Below the pieces are notes generated by a model. It had not been told where the DNA came from, made no database searches, and saw only the letters and a list, made by a program, of their open reading frames with translations. This document shows, piece after piece, positions 27,965 through 39,800 of a stretch of 64,000 bases of DNA. Each line of letters begins with the position of its first letter. Within the stretch, counting starts at the first letter, position 1. The position numbers and the translations under genes were made by a program. The stretch is from an uncultured Lachnospiraceae bacterium (GTDB lineage: Bacteria; Bacillota; Clostridia; Christensenellales; UBA1242): positions 3,939 through 67,938 of the forward strand of contig CAYJCR010000001.1 of the NCBI GenBank assembly GCA_964368755.1, given 5' to 3'.

Positions 27965-30900
27965 TTATTTTTTTGACAATTCAATATATTTGTTGAGTCT
28001 GTTGATAGCATCAAGTTTGCTCTGCTCGAACAATGCATTGGCTTGTTCGGGAGAAGATTTGAGAAGAGATTTGTAACGATTTTCATTCTTGATGAAGTCC
28101 ATATAGTCACGTGTTGGCAATGGGCTATCAAGTACGAATGGGTTCTTTCCATCAAGGGCAAGTCTTGGGTCATATCTATACAACTGCCAATATCCACTCT
28201 CAACTGCGAGTTTGATCTCGCCTTGGGTATTGTTCATACTAATACCGTGATTGATACAAGGTGCATATGCTATGACAAGGCTCGGCCCGTCATAACTATC
28301 AGCTTCTACAAGGGCTTTGGTAAGTTGGTTCATATTGGCTCCCATACCTACTTGTGCAACATACACATTGCCATAGGTCATAGCCATAAGTCCAAGATCC
28401 TTTTTCTTAGTGCGTTTGCCACTCATAGCGAACTTTGCAACGGCTCCAGCTGGAGTTGATTTAGAAGATTGACCACCAGTATTGGAGTATACTTCGGTAT
28501 CTAGTACTAAGATGTTAACATTGGCTCCACTTGCTAGTATGTGGTCAAGTCCACCATATCCTATATCATATGCCCAACCATCTCCACCGATTATCCATAA
28601 GCTTTCTTTGACAAGTCCGTTGCTCAAAGTGCGGATATTATCGTAGCCTTTGGTTTTGTCAAGAAGCTTGTTTATCTTAAGAGAAAGTTCGTATGTTTTG
28701 TCGCCATTGTCAAAGTTGTCTAACCAATCTTGTAATAGCGATGCAAGTTCTTTGTTCTGAATAGAAGGCAAATCTTTCTCAATAGTCGAGCGTAGAGTAG
28801 TTCTTGTTCGTTGTTTTGCAAGTTCGATACCTAGACCAAACTCTGCATTATCTTCGAACAAACTACTTGCCCAAGCAGGTCCATGTCCAGCATTGTTCTT
28901 GGTATATGGACAAGTTGGAGCTGAACCAGAGTATATGCTCGAGCATCCAGTTGCATTGGCAACAAGCATACGTTTGCCAAAAAGTTGACTGACAAGTTTG
29001 ACATAAGGAGTCTCACCACAGCCAGCACACGCACCACTGAATTCAAAGTATGGTTTCATAAATTGACTGCCTTTGAGAGTGCTTGGTGCAAATATTGTTG
29101 GAGGATTTTCAAGCTTTTCACTAAAAGCATAATTTTTTGCTTCGGCTTTGTCTCTTTCAACTGAATTCTTCATCTGCAAAGCCTTGACTGGACAGACATT
29201 GACGCAATTCTCACAACCTGTACAGTCTTTGACATTGACTTGGATTCTATAATCATAACCTTTGACACCTATTGCTGGTTTTGTCACAAAGGTATCTGGT
29301 CTTGCTGAACCTTCTGCTATAAGAGTAGGTCGTATACAAGCATGTGGACAAGCCATACTGCACATTCCACATTGAATACATTTGTCTGGGAGCCATTCCG
29401 GACTTTCGATGCTTATGCCACGTTTTTCGAACTTAGATGTGCCTGTTGGTATGACTCCTCGTGGATCGAACTTCGATACAGGTAAGTTATCTCCACATTT
29501 ATTCTCAATAGGTTTGATATAATCTGTATAATAATCTGCCGTGCCTTGTTGGTCTTCAATAGGACGGATCGTAATATTCTTTGTGTCTACTTGGATAAGT
29601 TCTTTGGTTGCAGAAAGTATCGCATCACGATTGGCTTTGACTACAGCCTCGCCCTTCTTTGCATATGTCTTCTCAGCGGCTTTGATAAGCAAAGCTTCTG
29701 CCTTCTTATATTCAATAATTTTGGCTAACTTGAAGAAGCATGCTTGCATAACAACATTGATACGTTTGCCAAGTCCTGCTTTCTCTGCGACAGCATTGCC
29801 ATCTACTACAAACAACTTAATTTTTTTCTCAGCCAAAGTGTTCAAGAATTGTTGTGGTAATATCTTCAACAACTCTTGTGGCTTGTATGGTGCATTGAGT
29901 AGGAAGGTGCCACCCTTCTTGAGCCCATCAAGCAAATTGTATTTACTTACAAAGCTAAGGTTGTGGCAAGCTACAAAATCTGCTTTTGTTACAAGGTATG
30001 GACAGAATGTCTCTACGTTACCAAATCTTAAGTGTGAAGTGGTCAAACTGCCAGATTTTTTTGAATCATACTCGAAGTATCCTTGAGCATTGAGGTCGGT
30101 ATTATCTCCGATGATCTTAATGGAGTTCTTGTTAGCGCTGACAGTACCATCACTACCAAGCCCGTAGAACTTACATGATACGCAATCAGTAACAAGTTCG
30201 TATGGTTTGATGGCTAGGGAAGTGTGGGTAACATCATCTTCAATACCTACTGTAAAATTGTTCTTTGGGTTGGTTTTCTTCGCATTGTCTATGATTGCCT
30301 TAACCATAGCAGGAGTGAAGTCTTTGCCTCCAAGTCCATATCTACCACCAATGACTTTGGCAGGGAAGTTGTTTTGGAAAAGTGCAGTACATACATCTTT
30401 GTACAAAGGCTCTCCGTCGCTACCACTTTCTTTGGTCCTATCAAGGACAACAACTGTCTTTGTTGTCTTAGGAAGGGCAGATAATAGGTGCTTTGCACTG
30501 AATGGTCTATATAGTCTTACAGCGATAACGCCTGTTCTTATACCTTTCTTGTTCAACTCGTCGATAGTTGCTCTTGCAGTGACATATCCACTGCCCATCA
30601 TAACAAGTACAATTTCGGCATCTTTGGCACCAAAATAATCAAATAACTTATATTTGCGTCCAGATACTTTGGCAACTACTTTCATAGCATCTTCAACGGC
30701 TGTGATGGCGTTGTTGTAGTAAGGGTTGCAGGCTTCACGATTCTGGAAATATATGTCTGGGTTCTGCGCTGTGCCTTGTTGAACTGGGCTAGAACTAGAT
30801 AATGCTCTATATTTGAAATCTTGAATTGCTTTGGTTGGTGAGATTTGGGCAAGTTCTTCATAATCAAATTGTTCTATCTTATCTATCTCATGAGAAGTCC

Positions 30901-31417
30901 TAAATCCATCGAAGAAATGCATAAATGGAACACTGCTATTAAGTGTTGCAATATGGGCAACAGTAGCAAGATCGTTAACTTCTTGTACGCTTCCGCTAGC
31001 AAGCATAGCAAAGCCTGTGTTCCTGCAAGCCATAACATCGGCTTGGTCGCCAAATATCGATAGTGCGTGTGTAGACAAAGCTCTTGCACTAACATGGAAA
31101 ACCGTTGGCAACAACTCACCAGCGATCTTGTACATATTGGGTATCATGAGGAGCAAGCCTTGACTTGCTGTGAAGGTGGTTGTCAAAGCTCCACCAACAA
31201 GGCTACCATGAACTGTCCCTGCTGCACCCGCTTCGGATTGCATCTCAACAACTCTTACCGTCTCACCAAAGATATTTTTTTTGCTAGCAGCTTGCCATTC
31301 ATCTGCAAGTTCTGCCATAGTGGAAGATGGTGTAATAGGATAGATGCTCGCTACATCACTATATGCATAGGCGATATGGGCGGCGGCTGAATTGCCATCA
31401 ATACAGATTTTTTTCAT
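27965..31417 (-). CDS. nifJ: Pyruvate:ferredoxin (flavodoxin) oxidoreductase, single-chain
   Basis: 1,150 aa. N-terminus is DGNSAAAHIAYAYSDVASIYPITPSS, with two 4Fe-4S ferredoxin motifs (CIQCGMCSMACP, CTGCENCVNVCP) and the TPP motif GGDGWAYDIGYGGLDH. Confidence 0.97.
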   Translation of the reverse strand: MKKICIDGNSAAAHIAYAYSDVASIYPITPSSTMAELADEWQAASKKNIFGETVRVVEMQSEAGAAGTVHGSLVGGALTTTFTASQGLLLMIPNMYKIAGELLPTVFHVSARALSTHALSIFGDQADVMACRNTGFAMLASGSVQEVNDLATVAHIATLNSSVPFMHFFDGFRTSHEIDKIEQFDYEELAQISPTKAIQDFKYRALSSSSPVQQGTAQNPDIYFQNREACNPYYNNAITAVEDAMKVVAKVSGRKYKLFDYFGAKDAEIVLVMMGSGYVTARATIDELNKKGIRTGVIAVRLYRPFSAKHLLSALPKTTKTVVVLDRTKESGSDGEPLYKDVCTALFQNNFPAKVIGGRYGLGGKDFTPAMVKAIIDNAKKTNPKNNFTVGIEDDVTHTSLAIKPYELVTDCVSCKFYGLGSDGTVSANKNSIKIIGDNTDLNAQGYFEYDSKKSGSLTTSHLRFGNVETFCPYLVTKADFVACHNLSFVSKYNLLDGLKKGGTFLLNAPYKPQELLKILPQQFLNTLAEKKIKLFVVDGNAVAEKAGLGKRINVVMQACFFKLAKIIEYKKAEALLIKAAEKTYAKKGEAVVKANRDAILSATKELIQVDTKNITIRPIEDQQGTADYYTDYIKPIENKCGDNLPVSKFDPRGVIPTGTSKFEKRGISIESPEWLPDKCIQCGMCSMACPHACIRPTLIAEGSARPDTFVTKPAIGVKGYDYRIQVNVKDCTGCENCVNVCPVKALQMKNSVERDKAEAKNYAFSEKLENPPTIFAPSTLKGSQFMKPYFEFSGACAGCGETPYVKLVSQLFGKRMLVANATGCSSIYSGSAPTCPYTKNNAGHGPAWASSLFEDNAEFGLGIELAKQRTRTTLRSTIEKDLPSIQNKELASLLQDWLDNFDNGDKTYELSLKINKLLDKTKGYDNIRTLSNGLVKESLWIIGGDGWAYDIGYGGLDHILASGANVNILVLDTEVYSNTGGQSSKSTPAGAVAKFAMSGKRTKKKDLGLMAMTYGNVYVAQVGMGANMNQLTKALVEADSYDGPSLVIAYAPCINHGISMNNTQGEIKLAVESGYWQLYRYDPRLALDGKNPFVLDSPLPTRDYMDFIKNENRYKSLLKSSPEQANALFEQSKLDAINRLNKYIELSKK

Positions 31418-31516
31418 TACAATACCTCGATTTGATATAATTATATACTATATTTAAATTAATACACAAACAGTTTAGTATACTAGGGGAGAATAAGTCA
31501 AATCAATTAAAAGCGA

Positions 31517-31546
31517 TTGCAAAAAATCTTGTATATGTGTTACAAT
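31517..31546 (+). promoter_or_regulatory. Candidate truA promoter placing the TSS at or next to the start codon
   Basis: TTGCAA (31517-31522) - 18 nt - TACAAT (31541-31546). Only 6 nt (GTTGTT) separate the -10 from the ATG at 31553, and there is no SD. Confidence 0.45.
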
Positions 31547-31552
31547 GTTGTT

Positions 31553-32290
31553 ATGAAAAATATTTGTGCAACAATTGAATATTTTGGGACCAATTATTGT
31601 GGTTTTCAATTGCAGAAGAATGGCAATAGCGTGTGTAATGAACTTATTAATGCTATTTTTTGTGCCACGCAAGAGAAAGTTACTATCACGGCAAGTGGTA
31701 GGACCGATGCGGGAGTCCATGCGCTAGGGCAAGTTATTAACTTTGAGTTAGACAAATCTTTGCCAATAGCGAAGTTTCCGATTATTATCAATAGATATCT
31801 CCCGATAGATATCAAACTGATTGAATGTCACGAAGTACCTGCGTCATTCAATGCGAGAAAATCTGCTAAGAAGAAGACCTATAAGTATCTGATAAATAAT
31901 AGCGATAGACAAGGTATTGTGGAAGAAAATCGTGAGTTATTCTTCCCATATCAACTGGATATAGATAAGATGCGTAGTGCAGCAAAAATACTTGTTGGAG
32001 AGCATAATTTTAGAGCATTTATGTCATCAGGAAGTCAGGTCAAAGACACTGTAAGAACAATATATGACATCAATATTGAGAAGGAAGGTTGTCACATATC
32101 AATCGAAGTGACAGGCAATGGCTTTTTGTACAATATGGTGAGAATAATTGTAGGAACACTCTTAGATGTTGGCACGGGACATAAAAGCGCCGATACAATC
32201 AATCAAATGCTCGCAACTTACGATAGATCCTTGGGTGGTAAGACTGCCCCAAGCCATGGCTTGTACCTTGAGAGAGTAGAATATATTTAG
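31553..32290 (+). CDS. truA: tRNA pseudouridine(38-40) synthase
   Basis: IEYFGTNYCGFQLQ and ASGRTDAGVHALGQV (catalytic Asp) motifs. Conserved truA-rplM-rpsI neighbourhood. Confidence 0.93.
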   Translation: MKNICATIEYFGTNYCGFQLQKNGNSVCNELINAIFCATQEKVTITASGRTDAGVHALGQVINFELDKSLPIAKFPIIINRYLPIDIKLIECHEVPASFNARKSAKKKTYKYLINNSDRQGIVEENRELFFPYQLDIDKMRSAAKILVGEHNFRAFMSSGSQVKDTVRTIYDINIEKEGCHISIEVTGNGFLYNMVRIIVGTLLDVGTGHKSADTINQMLATYDRSLGGKTAPSHGLYLERVEYI

Positions 32291-32335
32291 GCACTTTTTG
32301 GCTAGAAAATATCTAGAAATAATTTTTGAAAACAC

Positions 32336-32364
32336 TTGACAAGTAGGTACATATATATTATACT
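32336..32364 (+). promoter_or_regulatory. Candidate promoter of rplM-rpsI
   Basis: TTGACA - 17 nt - TATACT, about 100 nt upstream of rplM. Confidence 0.55.
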
Positions 32365-32467
32365 TGCTAAGTCTAAAAAATAGCGATAGCTTTATAGAAC
32401 TAGCCCCTCTTGTAAGCGAATTGTTAGTTAGAAAGAATAAAAATACACATTTCACTTGGAGGAAATT

Positions 32468-32911
32468 ATGAAAACATTTATGGCAAATCCTCAAAATGTG
32501 GAAAGCAAATGGTACATTGTTGACGCAACAAATATGCCTCTTGGAAGACTTGCTAGTCAAGTAGCAGCTATCCTTCGTGGTAAGAACAAAGTTACATTTA
32601 CTCCACATGTTGACACAGGGGACTATGTTATAGTTATCAATAGTGACAAAGTTGCTCTAACAGGCAAGAAATTGGCACAGAAAAAATATCAATATCACAC
32701 TGGTTATATTGGTGGACTTAAAGAGATCGGATACGACAAGATGATGAGTGAGAAGTCAGATGACGTTATTACTCTTGCAGTTAAAGGTATGCTTCCTAAG
32801 AATAGTCTTGGCCGTGATATGATTAAGAAACTTCGTGTATACAAAGATGCAAATCATGGTCACGAGGCACAGAAACCAGAGCTTATTGCTCTAAAAGGAG
32901 TAATTAGATAA
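32468..32911 (+). CDS. rplM: 50S ribosomal protein L13
   Basis: [20 protein letters not shown] is a typical L13 N-terminus. GGAGG RBS. Confidence 0.95.
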   Translation: MKTFMANPQNVESKWYIVDATNMPLGRLASQVAAILRGKNKVTFTPHVDTGDYVIVINSDKVALTGKKLAQKKYQYHTGYIGGLKEIGYDKMMSEKSDDVITLAVKGMLPKNSLGRDMIKKLRVYKDANHGHEAQKPELIALKGVIR

Positions 32912-33477
32912 TGGCAGAAGAAGTAAAGAAAGCAGCTCCTAAGAAGGCAGCTGTCGCTAAGACAGAAGTAACTGAAGTTGTAAAAAAAGCAGCTCCTAAG
33001 AAAGTAGCACCTAAAGCTGAAGTTGTAGAAGAAGTAGCTCCTAAGGTAGCTCCAAAAGCAGCTCCTAAGAAGAAGGCAGCTCCAAAAGCTGCTGTTGCTC
33101 ACATCTCAACAGGAAGAAGAAAAGAAGCTATTGCACGTGTTAGACTTGTAAGTGGTAACGGTAAGATAACAATCAATAAGAGAGACATTGATGAATATTT
33201 TGATCTTGACACTCTTAAGTTGATCGTTCGCCAACCATTAGTTTTGACAGGCACAGTTGATAAGTATGATGTACTTGTTAATGTTCAAGGTGGTGGATTT
33301 ACTGGTCAAGCTGGTGCTATCAGACATGCAATCGCAAGAGAGCTTGTTGTTATCAGCGAGACATACAAAGCTGAGATTAAGAAAGCAGGATTTTTGACTA
33401 GAGATAGCAGAATGAAAGAGCGTAAGAAATATGGGTTGAAAAAGGCTCGTAAGGCTCCACAGTTCTCAAAGAGATAA
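32911..33477 (+). CDS. rpsI: 30S ribosomal protein S9 with ~60-aa Ala/Lys/Pro-rich N-terminal extension
   Basis: The core from [14 protein letters not shown] to the C-terminal [12 protein letters not shown] is canonical S9. Start is coupled to the rplM stop (TAATG) with an AAAGGAG RBS. Confidence 0.93.
   Translation: MAEEVKKAAPKKAAVAKTEVTEVVKKAAPKKVAPKAEVVEEVAPKVAPKAAPKKKAAPKAAVAHISTGRRKEAIARVRLVSGNGKITINKRDIDEYFDLDTLKLIVRQPLVLTGTVDKYDVLVNVQGGGFTGQAGAIRHAIARELVVISETYKAEIKKAGFLTRDSRMKERKKYGLKKARKAPQFSKR
32920..33090 (+). repeat. Degenerate in-frame tandem repeats encoding the AAPKK/VAPK tract
   Basis: Recurring AAAGCAGCTCCTAAGAA / GTAGCTCCTAAGG / GCAGCTCCAAAAGC units inside the 5' end of rpsI. 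Confidence 0.6.
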
Positions 33478-33495
33478 CCAAACGGCATAAATTGG

Positions 33496-33524
33496 CGCAA
33501 GTCTACGTTAGACTTGCGTTTTTT
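33496..33524 (+). terminator. Rho-independent terminator after rpsI
   Basis: CGCAAGTCTA cgt TAGACTTGCG followed by T6. Confidence 0.85.
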
Positions 33525-33850
33525 ATTCGGTCGAGTATGTCCATATACACTCCCTTGATAAATACGCGTCTGCTTTGCATCTATATAAGCTATTCTACAA
33601 TGAAGGAACTTGTTTGCTCATAGAAAAATGCAGTTAATTTGACAGTTCATAAAAAATAGATATCAAATTGTTTGATTGTTTACTACAAAATAATATATAA
33701 TAATACTATAATAATTATACTGGGTGTCATATAAAGTGCTGACACCAAATTCGCGACTAGGATTGATTAAGTTCGTACTCGATTGAGATTATTACCCAAA
33801 GGACTTTTGATGGACATTAGATAATAAACTTTTTGACAAAGGAAATAGAT

Positions 33851-36800
33851 ATGCACACAAAAGCAAATAGTATTATCGTGAATATAATGAAGTATATTTG
33901 TTTGTCGCTTGCGATAATTTTGTTGGGCACAATTTTGTTAACAAAAACAAGTAACGACTCTGTCGCATATGCTGTAGACAATAATGAAGAAATTGAGACT
34001 TTGGCAGAGGAACAGATCAATACGGAGACTTTGGCAACAGATTATTCCAACTTGCCAATCAGATATATAGGCACGGCACAAGAGTTACAGAACATGGCTG
34101 TGGAAAGATACAAGAATGTATTGACAAATGACATTGTTTTGCCTAACGGATTTTCATCGATTGGAGTGTACTATGGTGCATTTGATGGCGCTGGTTACAC
34201 AATTTCTAACGTAACAAATGCAATATTTGATGATGTTACAGGTTTAGTAGAAAATATTGTTGTTGCTGATTCAACAAGCACCAGCACGGCGTTTATTGCA
34301 AATTCTATACATACTGGGACAACGATAAAAAATTGTACTATTCAAGATACATGCTCTATCAATACTACAAGTTCTATAGCTGGTGGTATTGTTGGTAGGA
34401 TCTTGGGAGGCTCTATTATCAATTGTACTAACCACGCTGCAGTCAGGGCAAGGAATTATGCTGGTGGTATTGCAGGATTAGCAGATGGAGTAAGTTCTTC
34501 TATTGAGAACTGTATCAACTCCGGGATCATTTCTGTTGCAAGCGGGAAATGCTGTGGTGGTATATTGGGATATAAAGAGGGCATTCTTAATGGATATATT
34601 ACCACAATAAAAAGCTGTATGTCATCAACAACAATTGTTGGAGGTTGTAGCTCAAACACGCATACAAAATCTGAAAAAGAATACCTTTTGTATCCCGAAG
34701 AAAATGCTCTTGAAGAAGTAGTTAATCCAGGTGGAGAATTTCTTGGTTATAGGATTTTTTATACTAAAAAAGTAGCTTCTTGGGTCCCTGAGAATGAAAA
34801 TTATATGGTTACTGATAGTGACATGTCTGACTATGCATATATGTCTAAGAATATATTTGGATTAAAATTCATTGCTGAAGGAGTTGGAAGATATTACACG
34901 AGTAGAAATGGTGGAAGTTATCAAGTACTTAAGTATTATACGAAGAAAGAAGTAAGATATTTCAAATACGTTAATAGAATTATCTTCAGTTCTGCCGTAG
35001 AAATAAGTTCTTCTACATATAATTCAAGAACAGGAATAGCATCAATTCTTTCACAATATATTGATGTTAAAAATTGTCGTGCGCTTAATCCTATTTCTGC
35101 GACTTATATGTTCAGCGATATTGTATGTCAGGGTAGTGGTACTCAAGAAGATCCTTATAGAATAACAAATATCGATGAATTGTATACAATGTTGCTCTGG
35201 TATTACAATGGTGGTACTGCAAAGCATTACAAGTTAATGAATGACATTGACTTAAGGGTTAATAACCGTGTTGGTTTCCGTAGTAACGAAAATAATTGGC
35301 TGGAAGTAACTTTTCCTCGTGATAGTTCTTTTGATGGTAACGGCTTTAGCTTATCAGGATTGTATATGTATAGCCTTGGCTTCGCATATGAAAACAATGG
35401 CACTATCAAGAACTTCACTATCTCTGAATCAACAATACTTAGCTCTGCATATGACGATGTCGGAGCATTTGCAACAATCAATAATGGAATAATCGACAAC
35501 TGCTGTTTTGGAGTTAATACATATTTAGCAAAAGGTGGTTTGCTTGTTGGTATTAACTGTGGCACGATCAAAAATTGTTACACAGCGAGCGATGAGTACA
35601 ACTGCGCATATCAAGTTGGTGGAATTGCAGAGAAGAACGTGGGTGGTACAATAACAAATTGTATAAACAATGCAAAGTTGTCAGGATCTTCTGCAAAAGC
35701 AGGTATTGTATGTGAAAACAAAGGTGGTACTTTGTCTCATTGCATCAACTACGGATACATAAGCTCTACTAATTCGTATGCTGGTGGCATTGTAGCTCAA
35801 AGCTATATGTTGGATGACGAAATTAGTACAATAGAATATTGCTACAACAGATTGAACAATGATGCATTAACATGGGGTGCAACTGCAGGTGGAATAGTTG
35901 CTGAAGATAATTATTCTGCTATTAGTTATTGTATTAATGAACAGAATATTACTGGATCAAATCGCGCAGGTGGAATAGTAGGGTATAGTCAAGGAAGTAA
36001 TATATCATACAGTATTAACGGAAAAGTTCAGCCCACTGGTAATCAATATGCTACAATTACTGGTCGTACGATAGGTGGTATTATTGGTTATTCAGCTAAT
36101 AACACTGTTGTTGACTATTGCTACAATTCTGGAAGACTTGTTTCTATCAATACTGTTGGTGGATTAATTGGAACAATATATAATGGTGGGACAATAAGCA
36201 ATAGTTATAGCATTGGACAAATATTGTTTGATGAGAATAGGATTAGTTCATATGGAGAAAGCGCAGGATTGCTGATCGGAAATATTGTTGAGAAGACACA
36301 AGACGTAACGATCACGAAATGTTTCGCTTCAAAAGAGTTTTTCTTGATCCCAGAGAAAGAGATCTCTTTAATTGGTAGTGGGGTATCAACAATTGTTGAT
36401 TCTAGCATACTTGATTCTGAAGCAATGTATTATGAGAACGACAATAAGTTATTTGGTTCTGATCAAAAATGGAGCTATTACGATAGTCCAATCGAAGAAG
36501 ATCATTATTTTCCACAACTAGCTTGGCTAACAAACGCTTTTGAAGAAGATGAGTACTATCAGAGTACAGGTAATGAATGTTCTTACAGAGAATATTTTAA
36601 GTACTATGAAGTATTATGGAATGTTAATTTTATTGATTCAAATGGTCAAATAATAGACAGCAAAGTTGTCCGTAACAATGAGTTTGTAAGTCCATACGAG
36701 TACGTAACAATTGCCTATGATGTTCAGGGTTGGGCTCTCAACAGGAATGGAAGCATTTATGACTTCAACAAACCAATCAATAGAGATCGTAACTTTTATT

Positions 36801-39800
36801 TGATATATACTCCATATTTTGATGATGAATTGAAGAATAATCCAGATGGAACAGAAGAAAAGCCATTTGTTCTTTCGACAGCTAAGCATTTGCAGGCTAT
36901 GTCAGACTTGTTTAATGGCGACAACGCATATAAATATATTGAAAAAAGATACATTCTCAAAAATGACATATCCTTCGGAAGAAATGACAATTATAACGAC
37001 GAGAACAACACCAACTTTGTAAGCATGGGATTAACTACAGGTAGCACTTTTGGTGGCGTATTTGATGGATGTGGATATAGCATTAAGAATATAATGGTAT
37101 CTAGTACAAGTTTAGATATTGGATTATTCTATTATAATAATGGATCTATAAAGAACTTAACTATTTATGGAGAGTTTTCTTCTACAGCCGACAATGTTGG
37201 AGGTTTTGCAGGAACCAATAATGGAACAATAGAAGCATGTCGAAATGTTTGTAAGGTTACAGGAAATTTTAACGTTGGTGGTATTGCAGGATACAATCAA
37301 GGATCAATTATTGACTGTGCTAACGATGGAAGTATTATTGCAAAAGAAAATATCGGAGGTATCGTCGGGATATCTAATAATGGTACAATCTCTCATACAT
37401 ACAACACTGGATATATCATATCAAGCAAAGGATCTGGTGTCGGTGGTATTGTAGGTAGTTGTAATAATACTAGTATTAACAGTGTATACAATGCTGGAGA
37501 GATTGTAGGATACTCCGACATGATTTCAGATAGTGCTGCAGGACTATTGGTTGGGTATCTCAACAATAGTACTGTGACAAATGGATATGCTCTTGACAAT
37601 GAATATATTAATCTGCTCGGGTATATTATTAACTCTTCATCTTCAAGTTCTTATGAAATGCCAATTTACAAGCTCTCATACTATGATAACATGGTATTTG
37701 GTAATGATAGTCGTTGGGGTTATATGCCAGGCGATTATGATAATGGATACGCATATTATCCATATTTGACTGTTCTTGACTATGACGAACAATACGAGTC
37801 GTTAATTGCAGATATATATTCTCCACATATCTTCTCCAAAGGCCGTGGAACAATTGACAATCCATTCGTTATAACAACGGCTCAACAATTGCAAACAGTT
37901 ATGTTCCTTGCTGATAACGGTGCTAGATATAATGAAATTATCAAGGACTCTTTAATACAGACTCTTTATAATGAAGTTATTGATTATATCGCAAATGAGG
38001 ATAATGGTGCTAAATTGCTTTTACATATGGACTTTAGCAATGCATGTTACAAAATTGGCTGCGATATAACTTTTAAAGAGAATTATATTGATGATCTACA
38101 TACATACAATTTTTATCCTATTAATAGTGAGTATATAGCCAATAATGTTGGACAAGGACCAAGTTTTTCTGGTGTTATCGATGGTGGTGGCAATACTATT
38201 AAAGGCCTTATCATAAAAGCTTTACCTTCATATGGCAATGCTTATCAGGTAGGCTTAGTTGGGAACTTGTTTGGAACAGGCGAACTTGATAATATTGGCA
38301 CAAGTACCGATATTGATGGCCGAAAAGGTGTGATTAAGAATCTAACGATCAAGAATAGCAAATACGTATTTGACGATGCCAACAAATCTTCTCAAATATA
38401 TGTTGGAGCATTTGCTGGTGATTCTAATAATGGTATAATATATAATTGCAATTCTGTTAACAATGATTTGGCATTCCGCAATTCTTGCCAAGAGCTAAGA
38501 ATTGGAGGAATAGTAGGTAGGGCAACCGCAATGGAAATCAGAGATTGTACAAATAGATCTTCAGTATACGCATCTTTGCTTGGAATACAGAATGGTGCAG
38601 GAGATCTAGGTGGTATAGCTGGATCTGCTAATGCAACAAAAATACTTAATTGCACAAACTTTGGATATATACATGGTATCGGGCATAAAGGTGGCATCGC
38701 TGCTGTAACCGGCAACTTGTCTAACATAAATAATTGTATTAACTATGGAGACGTTTTTTCAGTCAAAGTGGCTATATTACAAATAACTCAATATGCAGGT
38801 GGAATAGTTGGACAAGGAAGTGCTGTTGATTGTGTTAACTTTGGCGTTATCACAGGGGATTCATCTCCAACGGGGGGAATAGTTGGCGAAGGTAAAGCAA
38901 ATTATTGTACAAACTACGGAAGAGTGTCTACGACAGGAACGAGTTATTCTTGTGGAGGTATAGCTGGTACGGGTATAGTATATGACAGTATAAATAATGG
39001 TGAAGTATATGGCACTTCTATACTAGAAGTATTTGATGATTGTCTTGGTGGAATAGTAGGATATGGCAGAGCAGTAGGTTGTACAAATAATGGGAATGTT
39101 AATGGAACATCAAACAATGTTGGAGGAATAGTTGGTAACTATTCAATAAAGAATGATTTAACACTCCAGCAATGGCAGACTGGATTATGTTCAACAAAAG
39201 ATATAATAAGAATTGCAGAGACAGAAATTGACGTATTGTATTGTGATTGCAATGTCTTTAGCGAGTTATTAGAGAACTCAGGAGATATGTCTAACATTAA
39301 CAAACATACTTCGGCACAGATGTATGATTCGACGGCTGTTGCATTTGATAATGTGAGCCAAAGCTTTGTTGAATTATTGAGTAATTACAATATTAGTGAA
39401 GAAAACATCATAAGTTTAACAGAATTGAGTGATACATATAGCTTATATTCAAACTTTCATTCAAAACTAAAACAATTGTATTTGAGTTCTAATGATTCTG
39501 TAGCAAAGCAATTCAATGAAAGTTTCACTGAGGGGATGCTAGTTGGTATTAACAGACCTTACATTGTTGAGTGTGGGCTTCCAACAATCCCAAGTATTAA
39601 CGAGATTAGAAGTATTATTGCTAGATTGTTCGGATATAGCGATGTGAACACCTTCGTTGAATATGCACAGGCACTTGCATCAGAATATGAAGATAATGCT
39701 TTAGGCGCATCGAACGAAACGCTTGCTTCAAGATTAAAATATAACGGTGCAGTATATACAGAGAATGGGTGTTTTGTTCTTCCATTTGTATTCAAAAATG

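Noticed and set aside
32365-32467. Possible ribosomal-protein L13 leader structure in the ~100-nt rplM 5' UTR.
   Set aside because: I could not identify a convincing conserved hairpin by eye, and this would need a covariance-model scan. It is reported only as an untranslated leader.
33478-33850. The 370-nt intergenic region upstream of the giant gene, examined for a 6S-like or other structured sRNA or riboswitch.
   Set aside because: Only one short hairpin (33723-33746) and candidate promoters are visible. There are no conserved riboswitch cores or long-range pairing I can support.
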